Positions 9,498-17,131 of a stretch of DNA of 44,870 nt are shown one piece after another. The notes below the pieces were generated by a model. That model was not told the origin of the DNA, searched no databases, and saw only the letters and a list, made by a program, of their open reading frames with translations. Source of the DNA: Prevotellaceae bacterium (lineage in GTDB: Bacteria; Bacteroidota; Bacteroidia; Bacteroidales; UBA932). The stretch is from positions 1 to 44,870 of the forward strand of contig JAITAP010000026.1 of assembly GCA_031284065.1 (NCBI GenBank), in the 5' to 3' direction. Made by a program: the position numbers and the translations under genes. Within the stretch, counting starts at the first letter, position 1. The number at the start of each line of letters is the position of its first letter.

Positions 9498-10144
9498 TCT
9501 CGAAAATCGCAGTGTTTTATTTTGGCAACAATGCGCTGCCCGCTCCGCGCCAGCAGGTCAACGACGGGCTTCAGCACCAAGCCTTCGGCGTCGTAATCTT
9601 TGTTCTCGGCAATGGTGGACTTGAACCCTTTTTTTACAAAATCAACCGCCTCCTGTAGCGTTCCGTAGCCCACAACGGGCACAATGGGGATGCCCAGCTG
9701 CTGCGCCAGCGCCTCGCAGTCGGCTCGCTTGAGCCACCAGATGCCTATCCTTACATCAAACAGGATAAACCCCACCCGGGTTCGCATGTAGTTGCCGCCC
9801 TTTTGGATTCGCATCCCGTAGCCCTCGCCGTAGAGCGTAACGCTCATTGGCTCGCTGCCCGAAGGCGGAAAAACTTGCCGCAGGAGCTCCGGCGTAAACT
9901 TCTCTTGCAGCATTTGCAGCAAGTGCTCCGGCGTATCCGCCTTGTCCGTTCGCCCGCCAAAGCGCACCTGCTCGCCGTCCCAGTGAATACGAATGTTGGT
10001 GCCGTCAACTTTCTCCGTCCACTCCCAGCGGTTGTCCTTCAGGTACTCAAATTCGGGCTGCGACCATTCGCCAACAATCATGCGCTTGCTGCCGCTGCTC
10101 ATGTCGCGCTTGTAAATGGTATTGATTTTTTGGTAAGTTGTCAT
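9494..10144 (-). CDS. Minimal ATP-dependent RNA ligase family protein (adenylyltransferase domain only)
   Basis: Covalent nucleotidyltransferase motifs occur in order: I EKVDGTN, III LYGEGYG, IV FILFDV, V AEGLVLKP, and a terminal KIKH. At 216 aa there is no obvious extra OB or PNK domain. It is convergent with rpoN and overlaps it by 4 nt. Confidence 0.65.
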   Translation of the reverse strand: MTTYQKINTIYKRDMSSGSKRMIVGEWSQPEFEYLKDNRWEWTEKVDGTNIRIHWDGEQVRFGGRTDKADTPEHLLQMLQEKFTPELLRQVFPPSGSEPMSVTLYGEGYGMRIQKGGNYMRTRVGFILFDVRIGIWWLKRADCEALAQQLGIPIVPVVGYGTLQEAVDFVKKGFKSTIAENKDYDAEGLVLKPVVDLLARSGQRIVAKIKHCDFRD

Positions 10145-10421
10145 CGTTGCATTTTACTTTTGTAACAGCTGCAAATATAGCAAAATAATCGCAGCTGCGG
10201 GCAACCCCCGAAGGGGAGCGGTGTTATTGTCCACAAATTTAGCAAAGAAATTCCTCGTAATTTTCCCCCAATCCCCCTCAGTAGCGCAGCGTAAGGAAGA
10301 ATAAGGGCAAATGCGTCGGGGATGAAATCGGCGCTGCTAAGGGGGCTTTTTGGGGGCAAAAAATTCGTGCAATTCGTGGACAATATATTTTGTATCTTCG
10401 TACCCGAAAAAAAGTAAAAAA

Positions 10422-11864
10422 ATGGCGACCGAAGACATTATACAAAACATTACCGGCGGCGACTACAAATACGGCTTCACCTCCGACGTTGAGAGCGAGG
10501 TTATCCCCAAGGGGTTGAGCGAGGAGGTTGTGCGGCTCATTTCGGCAAAGAAAAGCGAACCGGCGTGGCTGCTTCGCTTTCGCCTCAACGCCTACCGCCG
10601 CTGGCTAAACATGCAAATGCCCACGTGGGCGCAGCTGCAAATCCCCCAAATCGACTACCAGAATATTATCTACTACGCCGCGCCCAAGCCTGCCGCCGCA
10701 AAAAAATCTATGGACGAGGTTGACCCCGCGCTGCGGGCTACGTTCGACAAGCTGGGCATCCCGCTCGAGGAGCAAAAGACGCTCGCAGGGGTGGCGGTTG
10801 ACGCGGTGATGGACAGCGTGTCGGTCAAAACGACGTTTAGCGCGGCGCTGGCGGAGAAAGGCATTATCTTTTGCTCGTTTGGCGAGGCGGTGCAGGAGCG
10901 TCCCGAGCTGGTGCAAAAGTATCTGGCTTCGGTGGTGCCGGTGGGCGACAACTTTTTTGCGGCGCTCAACTCGGCGGTTTTTAGCGACGGCTCGTTTTGC
11001 TACATTCCCGCAGGCGTGCGGTGCCCTATGGAGCTGTCGAGCTACTTTCGCATCAACGCGCGGGGCACGGGGCAGTTTGAGCGCACGCTCATTGTGGCGG
11101 AGGAGGGCAGCTACGTGTCGTACCTTGAGGGCTGCACCGCCCCGCAGCGCGACGAAAACCAGCTGCACGCCGCCGTAGTCGAAATTGTGGTGCTGAAAAA
11201 TGCGGAGGTGAAGTACTCTACGGTGCAAAACTGGTACCCGGGCGACAGGCAGGGGCGCGGCGGCGTCTTCAACTTTGTTACCAAGCGCGGCATTTGCAAG
11301 GGCAGCAACGCCAAGCTCTCGTGGGCGCAGGTCGAAACGGGCTCGGCCATCACGTGGAAGTACCCCAGCACCATCCTTCAGGGCGACGGCTCGTCGTCGG
11401 AGTTCTACTCGGTGGCGCTAACCAACAACTACCAGCAAGCCGACACGGGCGCTAAAATGATTCACACAGGCAAAAACACCAGCAGCCGCATCGTGAGCAA
11501 GGGCATATCGGCGGGGCACAGCCAAAATTCGTACCGGGGCATGGTTAAGGTGAGCAAAAATGCCGCCGGGGCGCACAACTTTTCGCAGTGCGACAGCCTG
11601 CTGCTCGGCGACAGGTGCGGTGCGCACACCTTTCCCCGCATTGAGGTAAACAACCCGTCGGCGGTGGTGGAGCACGAGGCGACAACCTCCAAAATTGGCG
11701 AAGACCAGCTGTTCTACTGCAACCAGCGCGGCATCTCCACCGAAGACGCCGTGGGGCTAATCGTGAACGGGTATGCGCGCGAGGTGCTCAACCGGCTGCC
11801 TATGGAGTTTGCAGTAGAGGCGCAAAAGCTGCTTCAGGTGAATTTGGAGGGGTGCGTGGGGTGA
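10422..11864 (+). CDS. sufB: Fe-S cluster assembly protein SufB
   Basis: Typical SufB sequence throughout (GDYKYGF..., [28 protein letters not shown]-like C-terminus). The start was moved to MATEDII. Confidence 0.9.
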   Translation: MATEDIIQNITGGDYKYGFTSDVESEVIPKGLSEEVVRLISAKKSEPAWLLRFRLNAYRRWLNMQMPTWAQLQIPQIDYQNIIYYAAPKPAAAKKSMDEVDPALRATFDKLGIPLEEQKTLAGVAVDAVMDSVSVKTTFSAALAEKGIIFCSFGEAVQERPELVQKYLASVVPVGDNFFAALNSAVFSDGSFCYIPAGVRCPMELSSYFRINARGTGQFERTLIVAEEGSYVSYLEGCTAPQRDENQLHAAVVEIVVLKNAEVKYSTVQNWYPGDRQGRGGVFNFVTKRGICKGSNAKLSWAQVETGSAITWKYPSTILQGDGSSSEFYSVALTNNYQQADTGAKMIHTGKNTSSRIVSKGISAGHSQNSYRGMVKVSKNAAGAHNFSQCDSLLLGDRCGAHTFPRIEVNNPSAVVEHEATTSKIGEDQLFYCNQRGISTEDAVGLIVNGYAREVLNRLPMEFAVEAQKLLQVNLEGCVG

Positions 11865-12016
11865 GGCGAATGTCGCTACGAGCCACAAGCGCCGCCTCTC
11901 CCCGCTCAGGAAGGCCTGCAAGGCAGCTACTCCGGCTGAAAAAAAATTGTTGCATGGTCAAAAAAGCTGTTGTATCTTTATGGGTTGGAAATTTCAACAT
12001 CAAACGGTAACAGAAC

Positions 12017-12784
12017 ATGCTGAACATTGTAAAGGTAGGCGGAAACGTAATCGACGACGAGGCGCAGCTGGCGCAGCTCCTGAAAGATTTTTCCGCCATT
12101 CGCGGCTTCAAAATTTTGGTGCACGGAGGGGGCAAGCTGGCAACCAAGCTGTGCGACGCGCTGCACATCCCCACGCAGATGGTGGAGGGGCGGCGCGTAA
12201 CCGACGCCGAAACGCTCAAGGTGACGAGCATGGTGTACGCAGGCTGGATTAGCAAGAGCATCGTGGCCAAGCTGCACGCGCTGGGCTGCCAGTCCATCGG
12301 GCTGTCGGGCGCGGACGGCAACGCCATTCCCGCCGTCAGGCGCAGCCCCACGCCCATAGACTACGGCTTTGTGGGCGACGTTAGCCTTGTGCAAATCAAC
12401 ACAAGGTTCATACAGACCCTGATGGAGCAAGGGCTAACGCCGGTGTTTTCGGCAATTACGCACGACACGCACGGCACGCTGCTCAACAGCAACGCCGACA
12501 GCGTGGCTTCGTCGCTGGCCATCGCCATGAGCGACCTAATGCCCACGCGCCTCGTCTTTTGCTTTGAAAAGAACGGCGTGCTCCGCGACCCCGGCAACGA
12601 CGCCACCGCCATCCCCGAAATAACCCGCGAGCTGTACGAAGAGTACAAAGCCGAAGGCATTATCTCCGGCGGCATGATTCCCAAAGTTGACAGCGCGTTT
12701 AAGGCCATTGCGCATGGCGTAAAGGAAGTGATTATCAAGCACGCCAAGGCGCTGAACGCGGGAGGCGGAACTACGATACGGTGA
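12017..12784 (+). CDS. argB: Acetylglutamate kinase
   Basis: Amino-acid kinase fold: VKVGGNVIDD, LVHGGG, and a TDV-type region NADSVAS. Length is 255 aa. An imperfect -7 box TATCTTTA lies at 11973-11980. Confidence 0.8.
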   Translation: MLNIVKVGGNVIDDEAQLAQLLKDFSAIRGFKILVHGGGKLATKLCDALHIPTQMVEGRRVTDAETLKVTSMVYAGWISKSIVAKLHALGCQSIGLSGADGNAIPAVRRSPTPIDYGFVGDVSLVQINTRFIQTLMEQGLTPVFSAITHDTHGTLLNSNADSVASSLAIAMSDLMPTRLVFCFEKNGVLRDPGNDATAIPEITRELYEEYKAEGIISGGMIPKVDSAFKAIAHGVKEVIIKHAKALNAGGGTTIR

Positions 12785-12811
12785 GGAGAGCCGGAGGTAG
12801 AATATTTTGCG

Positions 12812-12819
12812 TATATTTG
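12812..12819 (+). promoter_or_regulatory. Bacteroidota -7 box TATATTTG upstream of the antitoxin-like gene
   Basis: Exact TAnnTTTG match, 27 nt upstream of the ATG at 12846. Confidence 0.45.
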
Positions 12820-12845
12820 CGGAGAAACAAATTAAGGCAAACAGT

Positions 12846-13076
12846 ATGACGACGATGAGCATTGATATTCTCAACAATGACGCGCTGCGTCTTTTGCGCG
12901 ATATGGAATACTTACGGCTTATCCGCGTGCGGACGGAAGCGGACGAAGGCCACAAACCCCAACAACGCCTGTCGGAACAATTTGCAGGCGCCCTGCATCT
13001 TTCCGACGAGCAGCACGAAGAATTTCAAACCGCGCTGAAAAGAAGCAGAAACGAATGGGAACGGGATATTTATTAG
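12846..13076 (+). CDS. Putative type II antitoxin (VapB-like partner of a PIN toxin)
   Basis: 76-aa acidic/basic protein. Its last codons overlap the start of a PIN-toxin remnant, the classic antitoxin-toxin arrangement. The function call rests on this context. Confidence 0.5.
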   Translation: MTTMSIDILNNDALRLLRDMEYLRLIRVRTEADEGHKPQQRLSEQFAGALHLSDEQHEEFQTALKRSRNEWERDIY

Positions 13077-13223
13077 ATTCCAATGTTATCATAGCTTTTT
13101 TCAATAGCAATTGCTTCGGCAGCTGCACTTTTCCTCAACTTAACATTGCTGACCCGAAACATAGATGATTTCAAGGCTATTCAAGGGTTAACGGTGGTAA
13201 ACCCCTGGAATATGCGTGAGTAA
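13055..13223 (+). pseudogene. Decayed PIN-domain (VapC-like) toxin
   Basis: ATG at 13055 gives MGTGYLLDSNVIIAFFN..., the PIN N-terminal catalytic-Asp strand, then a stop at 13166-13168. A different frame (13146-13223) reads LLTRNIDDFKAIQGLTVVNPWNMRE*, a typical PIN C-terminus. The total is ~169 nt against ~390 nt for an intact VapC, so there is an internal deletion plus a frameshift. Confidence 0.7.
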
Positions 13224-13316
13224 GCGCGGAAAAATTTTATTCCCAAAGCACGAGAGCGAATTGTCCTGTAAAAACCTTGCTATTTCAAAATAATTTAGCC
13301 ATAAAAACCGCAAAAT

Positions 13317-14549
13317 ATGCAGCAAATAAAAATCGAAAATTTTGGTTCAATTAAATACGGATGCGTTGAAATTAACAAGGTTACGGTATTTATCGGGAAT
13401 CAGGGTTCGGGTAAAAGCGCTGTGGCAAAGCTAATATCTACCTTCAAGTGGATTGAAAAGGCATTGGTAAGAGGCGACTACGACAAGAAATGGTTTGAGC
13501 GCAAGGATACAAACCGTTTCAGAAATCAATTTTTACCATACCACAGGCTGGGTTCCGCCGACGCCAAAAAAGATGATACCTACCTAAAGCCTAACTCCGT
13601 GATAGATTATCAGGGCGACGCCTACCGTATCACGTACAGGGACGGCGCAATGTCAATTACCGAAAACGCAAGAGCAGCGTACCTTTTGCCGCAAATTATG
13701 TATGTTCCCGCCGAAAGAAATTTTTTGACTTATGTTAAAGATGCCGGAGAAATACGGCTGTCGGGCGCTTTGCGTGACTTTCATATCGAATATGGCAAAG
13801 CAAAAAACGAGCTGAAAGATTTATCTTTGCCGATTAATGAAATTGACGTTGAATATAACAAGCGGTACGATAATCTTTACCTGCGCGGCGGCAATTACAA
13901 AGTTGAAATAACCGAAGCCGCAAGCGGCTTTCAATCGTTTGTCCCTTTGTTTTTGGTTTCTTATTATTTGGCAAAATCTGTAAAAAAACAAAGCGAAAGC
14001 AAAGCAACTATGAGCAGCCAAGAGAAAGCGCGGTTTGAAAAGGGCGTACAGGAAATATGGCGTAACGCCAGCTTGACCGACGAGCAAAGAATGGTGGCGC
14101 TTTCCGCGCTATCTGCCAAGTTCGATAAGGCAATACTTATAAATATCGTCGAGGAGCCCGAACAAAATTTATTTCCGGCCTCGCAGTGGAAAATGCTGCA
14201 AAGCTTGCTGGCGTTTAACAACATGAACGATGGCAACAAGCTGATTTTGACTACTCACAGCCCGTACCTGATTGGCTACTTAACGTTGGCAGTAAAAGCG
14301 GGAAAGCTAAAATCGCTAATTAGCACGGAAAAGCAAAGGGAAAGCTTGAATGAAACAGTACCTCTTAGCTCGATTGTTAACGCAGGCGACCTATCTATTT
14401 ACGAGCTAAATGAAAAGGAGGGCACTGTTAAGCCGCTTGATACGTTTGACGGGCTTCCCTCTGACGAAAATGCGTTGAGCAACAAATTTGATGAAAGTAA
14501 CGATTTGTTTGCCAAATTATTAGAATTTCAGCAACAACATGAGCTATGA
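13317..14549 (+). CDS. ABC-fold AAA_15/AAA_21-type ATPase (OLD/AbiL/AriA/PtuA-like class)
   Basis: Walker A GNQGSGKS near the N-terminus, a long helical insert, Walker B-like ILINIVEEPEQNLFP, and the TTHSPYL H-loop motif. AT-rich gene. Confidence 0.75.
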   Translation: MQQIKIENFGSIKYGCVEINKVTVFIGNQGSGKSAVAKLISTFKWIEKALVRGDYDKKWFERKDTNRFRNQFLPYHRLGSADAKKDDTYLKPNSVIDYQGDAYRITYRDGAMSITENARAAYLLPQIMYVPAERNFLTYVKDAGEIRLSGALRDFHIEYGKAKNELKDLSLPINEIDVEYNKRYDNLYLRGGNYKVEITEAASGFQSFVPLFLVSYYLAKSVKKQSESKATMSSQEKARFEKGVQEIWRNASLTDEQRMVALSALSAKFDKAILINIVEEPEQNLFPASQWKMLQSLLAFNNMNDGNKLILTTHSPYLIGYLTLAVKAGKLKSLISTEKQRESLNETVPLSSIVNAGDLSIYELNEKEGTVKPLDTFDGLPSDENALSNKFDESNDLFAKLLEFQQQHEL

Positions 14550-15040
14550 GCTTTTTTGATTCCCCCAATCAGCGTGTATCCAGAAAAAAACGTTTCGGGC
14601 TTTGCGACGATGCGCCTCCCCCACATAAACCCGCCTTTCTTGACGAAGCCGACGGTAAGAAGTGGATTGCTGTAGTTCATAACGATTACTCCTACGACGT
14701 TTTGTTCGTTGCACTGGACAACAGCATAGCTTTAAGAAGACCCGACGGAAAGCCCGACAGGTGCAGCGATGGGCTTTTATCCTGTAACTCGACTGTCATT
14801 TTCGTGGAATTAACAACAAGAAAAGACAAGGATTGGAAAAAGGATAAAGAGGAGCAGCTGCGCATAACAATCCGGCATTTTGAGAACACGGAAGAAGCGC
14901 ACGGCTATGAAATCAAAAAGGCATACATTGCCAATAGCAGCTACCCGAAAGATAACACAAGGAATATGATACGGATGAATAATTTTTTTAAGGACACAAA
15001 GTATGTCCTGCGAATTGAAAATCGTATCGTGGTAGAGTAA
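14546..15040 (+). CDS. Hypothetical 164-aa partner protein, possible PD-(D/E)xK-like nuclease
   Basis: The start overlaps the ATPase stop (ATGA, 4 nt). The pattern WIAVVHND...DVLFVALDNS...CSDGLLSCNSTVIFVELTTRK...EEQLRITIRHF resembles a restriction-endonuclease-like core (VRR-NUC/Hjc-like). The canonical ExK lysine is displaced, so the fold call is inference. Confidence 0.4.
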   Translation: MSFFDSPNQRVSRKKRFGLCDDAPPPHKPAFLDEADGKKWIAVVHNDYSYDVLFVALDNSIALRRPDGKPDRCSDGLLSCNSTVIFVELTTRKDKDWKKDKEEQLRITIRHFENTEEAHGYEIKKAYIANSSYPKDNTRNMIRMNNFFKDTKYVLRIENRIVVE

Positions 15041-15064
15041 ACAGAACACTCCAAATTCTTTTTT
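14979..15064. repeat. 86-bp direct repeat, left copy (3' end of the 164-aa gene plus 24 nt)
   Basis: Matches 17029-17114 with 3 mismatches, all after the stop codon. It abuts the IS-derived element's left terminal inverted repeat. Confidence 0.85.
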
Positions 15065-15330
15065 ATGATTATCCGCAAAGCGGCCTCATTGAACATATCC
15101 GGTTCTTTGCGATAAAAAAATTGTAAAAAAATTCTTTTTATTTACATATATCATTCATATTCAGTATTTTCGTGGCGAAATAATTATAAAAATAACGGAT
15201 ATGAATATCGTTAAATTCAGCCGACGATATTGCGGTGAGCAGATTTTTGACCGATTGCTTGTGGCGGCTGTGTCATACAGCACTGATTTCAAGTCGAAAA
15301 TTTACAACAGGTCGCTTCGCGGATAATCAT
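15065..15330. mobile_element. 266-bp MITE derived from an IS1595-family element
   Basis: The termini ATGATTATCCGCAAAGCG (15065-) and CGCTTCGCGGATAATCAT (-15330) are inverted repeats. The internal sequence 15201-15326 encodes only a transposase C-terminal tail, MNIVKFSRRYCGEQIFDRLLVAAVSYSTDFKSKIYNRSLRG*. Confidence 0.65.
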
Positions 15331-15363
15331 AAAACCATTTTTGCGGGTAAGGAAAAAAATCGC

Positions 15364-15371
15364 TACTTTTG
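15364..15371 (+). promoter_or_regulatory. Bacteroidota -7 box TACTTTTG
   Basis: Exact TAnnTTTG match, 19 nt upstream of the ATG at 15390. Confidence 0.4.
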
Positions 15372-15389
15372 CGCAAACTATAGAATGTT

Positions 15390-15531
15390 ATGCAGGTAGT
15401 ATCAACGCGAAAATTCAGGGCAAATCAAAAGGAATATTTTGAATTTGCCGAAAAAGAGTTGGTCCTTAGTGGCTCGTAAAAGTCGGAAGCCGATTGCTTT
15501 ATACGTTCCCGATGATGACGGTATTCTGTAA
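15390..15531 (+). pseudogene. Frameshifted Phd/YefM-like antitoxin remnant
   Basis: MQVVSTRKFRANQKEYFEFAEKELVL then stops at 15477-15479. A neighbouring frame from 15469 continues VARKSRKPIALYVPDDDGIL*. Further antitoxin-like text (KEAFQAIKG...) follows that stop. Confidence 0.5.
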
Positions 15532-15693
15532 AAAGAAGCGTTTCAGGCTATTAAGGGGGTGGGCTGGACGAAGTTCGTAACAATCGGGCAGTTAAGATTG
15601 AAAATAGCGCAGATATACGGGCAGATACGCTGTAGAAGCTTCGCAAGAAGCCAAAAACATCTTTAGGAAATTCACAAGTCGGGCAGTAAGCCG

Positions 15694-16584
15694 ATGATAA
15701 TGAGCAATAACACAAAAATATCCATCCGTTTTTTTGACGATCGAGAAGTTCGTGCGGTTTGGGACGAAGAGAACAACAAATGGTGGTTTTCCGTTTTGGA
15801 TATAGTCGCTGTCCTTACTGACCGGGACGACTACAATAAAGCACGAAACTATTGGAAATATCTCAAGGCCAAGCTAAAAAAAGAAAACAGCAAGTTGGTG
15901 AGCGCCACTACCCAACTGAAACTATTGGCGAGTGATGGCAAGCGCTATTTAGCTGATGTGCTTGACTATAATGGCATTATTGCGCTCGGCAAACAATTCC
16001 CAGCTAAAAAAGCAAACCGTTTTATCGAATGGTTTACTTACAGCGGTGAAAGTATAGATGGAAAAAGTAAAACAAAAGCATACGCCTTGTTTGAAAGCTC
16101 TTTTATCGACAGCATAGAAGTGGGAACAACCAAAGGCTTACAACAAATCCACGCCTATCTGTTCGGCGGGCTTTACGATTTTGCCGGACAAGTAAGACAA
16201 AAAAACATTTCAAAGGGTGGCTTTCAATTTGCGGCAGCTCAATTTTTGGGCAATACGTTAAAGCAAATAGAAGAAATGCCTGAAAACACATTCGATGAAA
16301 TTGCCGATAAATATGCGGAAATGAACATTGCCCACCCATTCATGGAGGGTAATGGGCGAAGTACGCGAATTTGGTTGGATTTGATGCTCAAGAAACGGCT
16401 AAAGCGTTGCGTTGATTGGAGCAAGATTAGTAAAAACGATTACATGAACGCAATGGTAAAAAGTCCTACAAACGGCATGGAGCTGAAGAATCTACTGAAA
16501 AATGCCCTTACGGATGAAATCAACAGCCGTGAAATGTTTATGAAAGGAATTGATTATTCGTATTATTATGAAGAAAACGAGTAG
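15694..16584 (+). CDS. Bro-N-like DNA-binding domain fused to a Fic (AMPylase-type) domain
   Basis: The N-terminus [34 protein letters not shown]... is Bro-N/DinD-like. The C-terminus carries the canonical Fic motif [12 protein letters not shown]. Confidence 0.8.
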   Translation: MIMSNNTKISIRFFDDREVRAVWDEENNKWWFSVLDIVAVLTDRDDYNKARNYWKYLKAKLKKENSKLVSATTQLKLLASDGKRYLADVLDYNGIIALGKQFPAKKANRFIEWFTYSGESIDGKSKTKAYALFESSFIDSIEVGTTKGLQQIHAYLFGGLYDFAGQVRQKNISKGGFQFAAAQFLGNTLKQIEEMPENTFDEIADKYAEMNIAHPFMEGNGRSTRIWLDLMLKKRLKRCVDWSKISKNDYMNAMVKSPTNGMELKNLLKNALTDEINSREMFMKGIDYSYYYEENE

Positions 16585-16601
16585 CCATCTCTCTGGGGTA
16601 A

Positions 16602-17024
16602 GCGCGCATTTTAAGGCGCAACGAGACGTATTCGGAGTGGCCATGCCCCCAATATGGCTGCACGGAACATTACCGCCTCAAAAAGCTGCAACGACAGCTG
16701 GGTCATAAACGCTATCAGCCGATTTGGGAGCTGATACTGTTACGGAAATTGTCAAAGAGCACGTTGACGCAGCGGCGGAGTTAGCCACCGACGATTCAAC
16801 CTCATATAAAAAGCTGAAACAGGTTGTAAAGCTTAAACGGCTGCTTTTGGGTATGCGCCACCAGCTTACAAAAGAGTATTTACAGCATTTACCTGAACGA
16901 GTTCTGTTACAAATTCAGCCGACGATATTGCAGTGAGCAGATTTTCGACCGATTGCCTGTGGCGGCTGTGTCATACAACACTGCGTTCAAGTCGAAAATT
17001 TACAACAGGTCGCTTCGCGGATAA
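16602..17024 (+). pseudogene. Gutted IS1595-family (ISXO2-like) transposase with the right IS end
   Basis: Three fragments lie in three frames. There is a Zn-ribbon remnant SEWPCPQYGCTEHYRLKK...KRYQP and a central piece ELATDDSTSYKKL. The C-terminus is LNEFCYKFSRRYCSEQIFDRLPVAAVSYNTAFKSKIYNRSLRG*. The right terminal inverted repeat GCGGATAATCAT ends at 17028. Positions 16911-17028 are ~95% identical to 15213-15330. Confidence 0.65.
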
Positions 17025-17028
17025 TCAT

Positions 17029-17114
17029 ATAATTTTTTTAAGGACACAAAGTATGTCCTGCGAATTGAAAATCGTATCGTGGTAGAGTAAACAGAACGCC
17101 CCAAATTATTTTTT
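17029..17114. repeat. 86-bp direct repeat, right copy
   Basis: Duplicate of 14979-15064. It starts directly after the right terminal inverted repeat of the IS-derived composite. Confidence 0.85.
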
Positions 17115-17131
17115 AAACTTCATACCAAAAA

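Noticed and set aside
11800-12430. Minus-strand ORFs of 185 aa and 150 aa overlapping the argB 5' region
   Set aside because: They are antisense to a well-supported argB and to the sufB-argB spacer. Their composition is low-complexity and no motifs are present.
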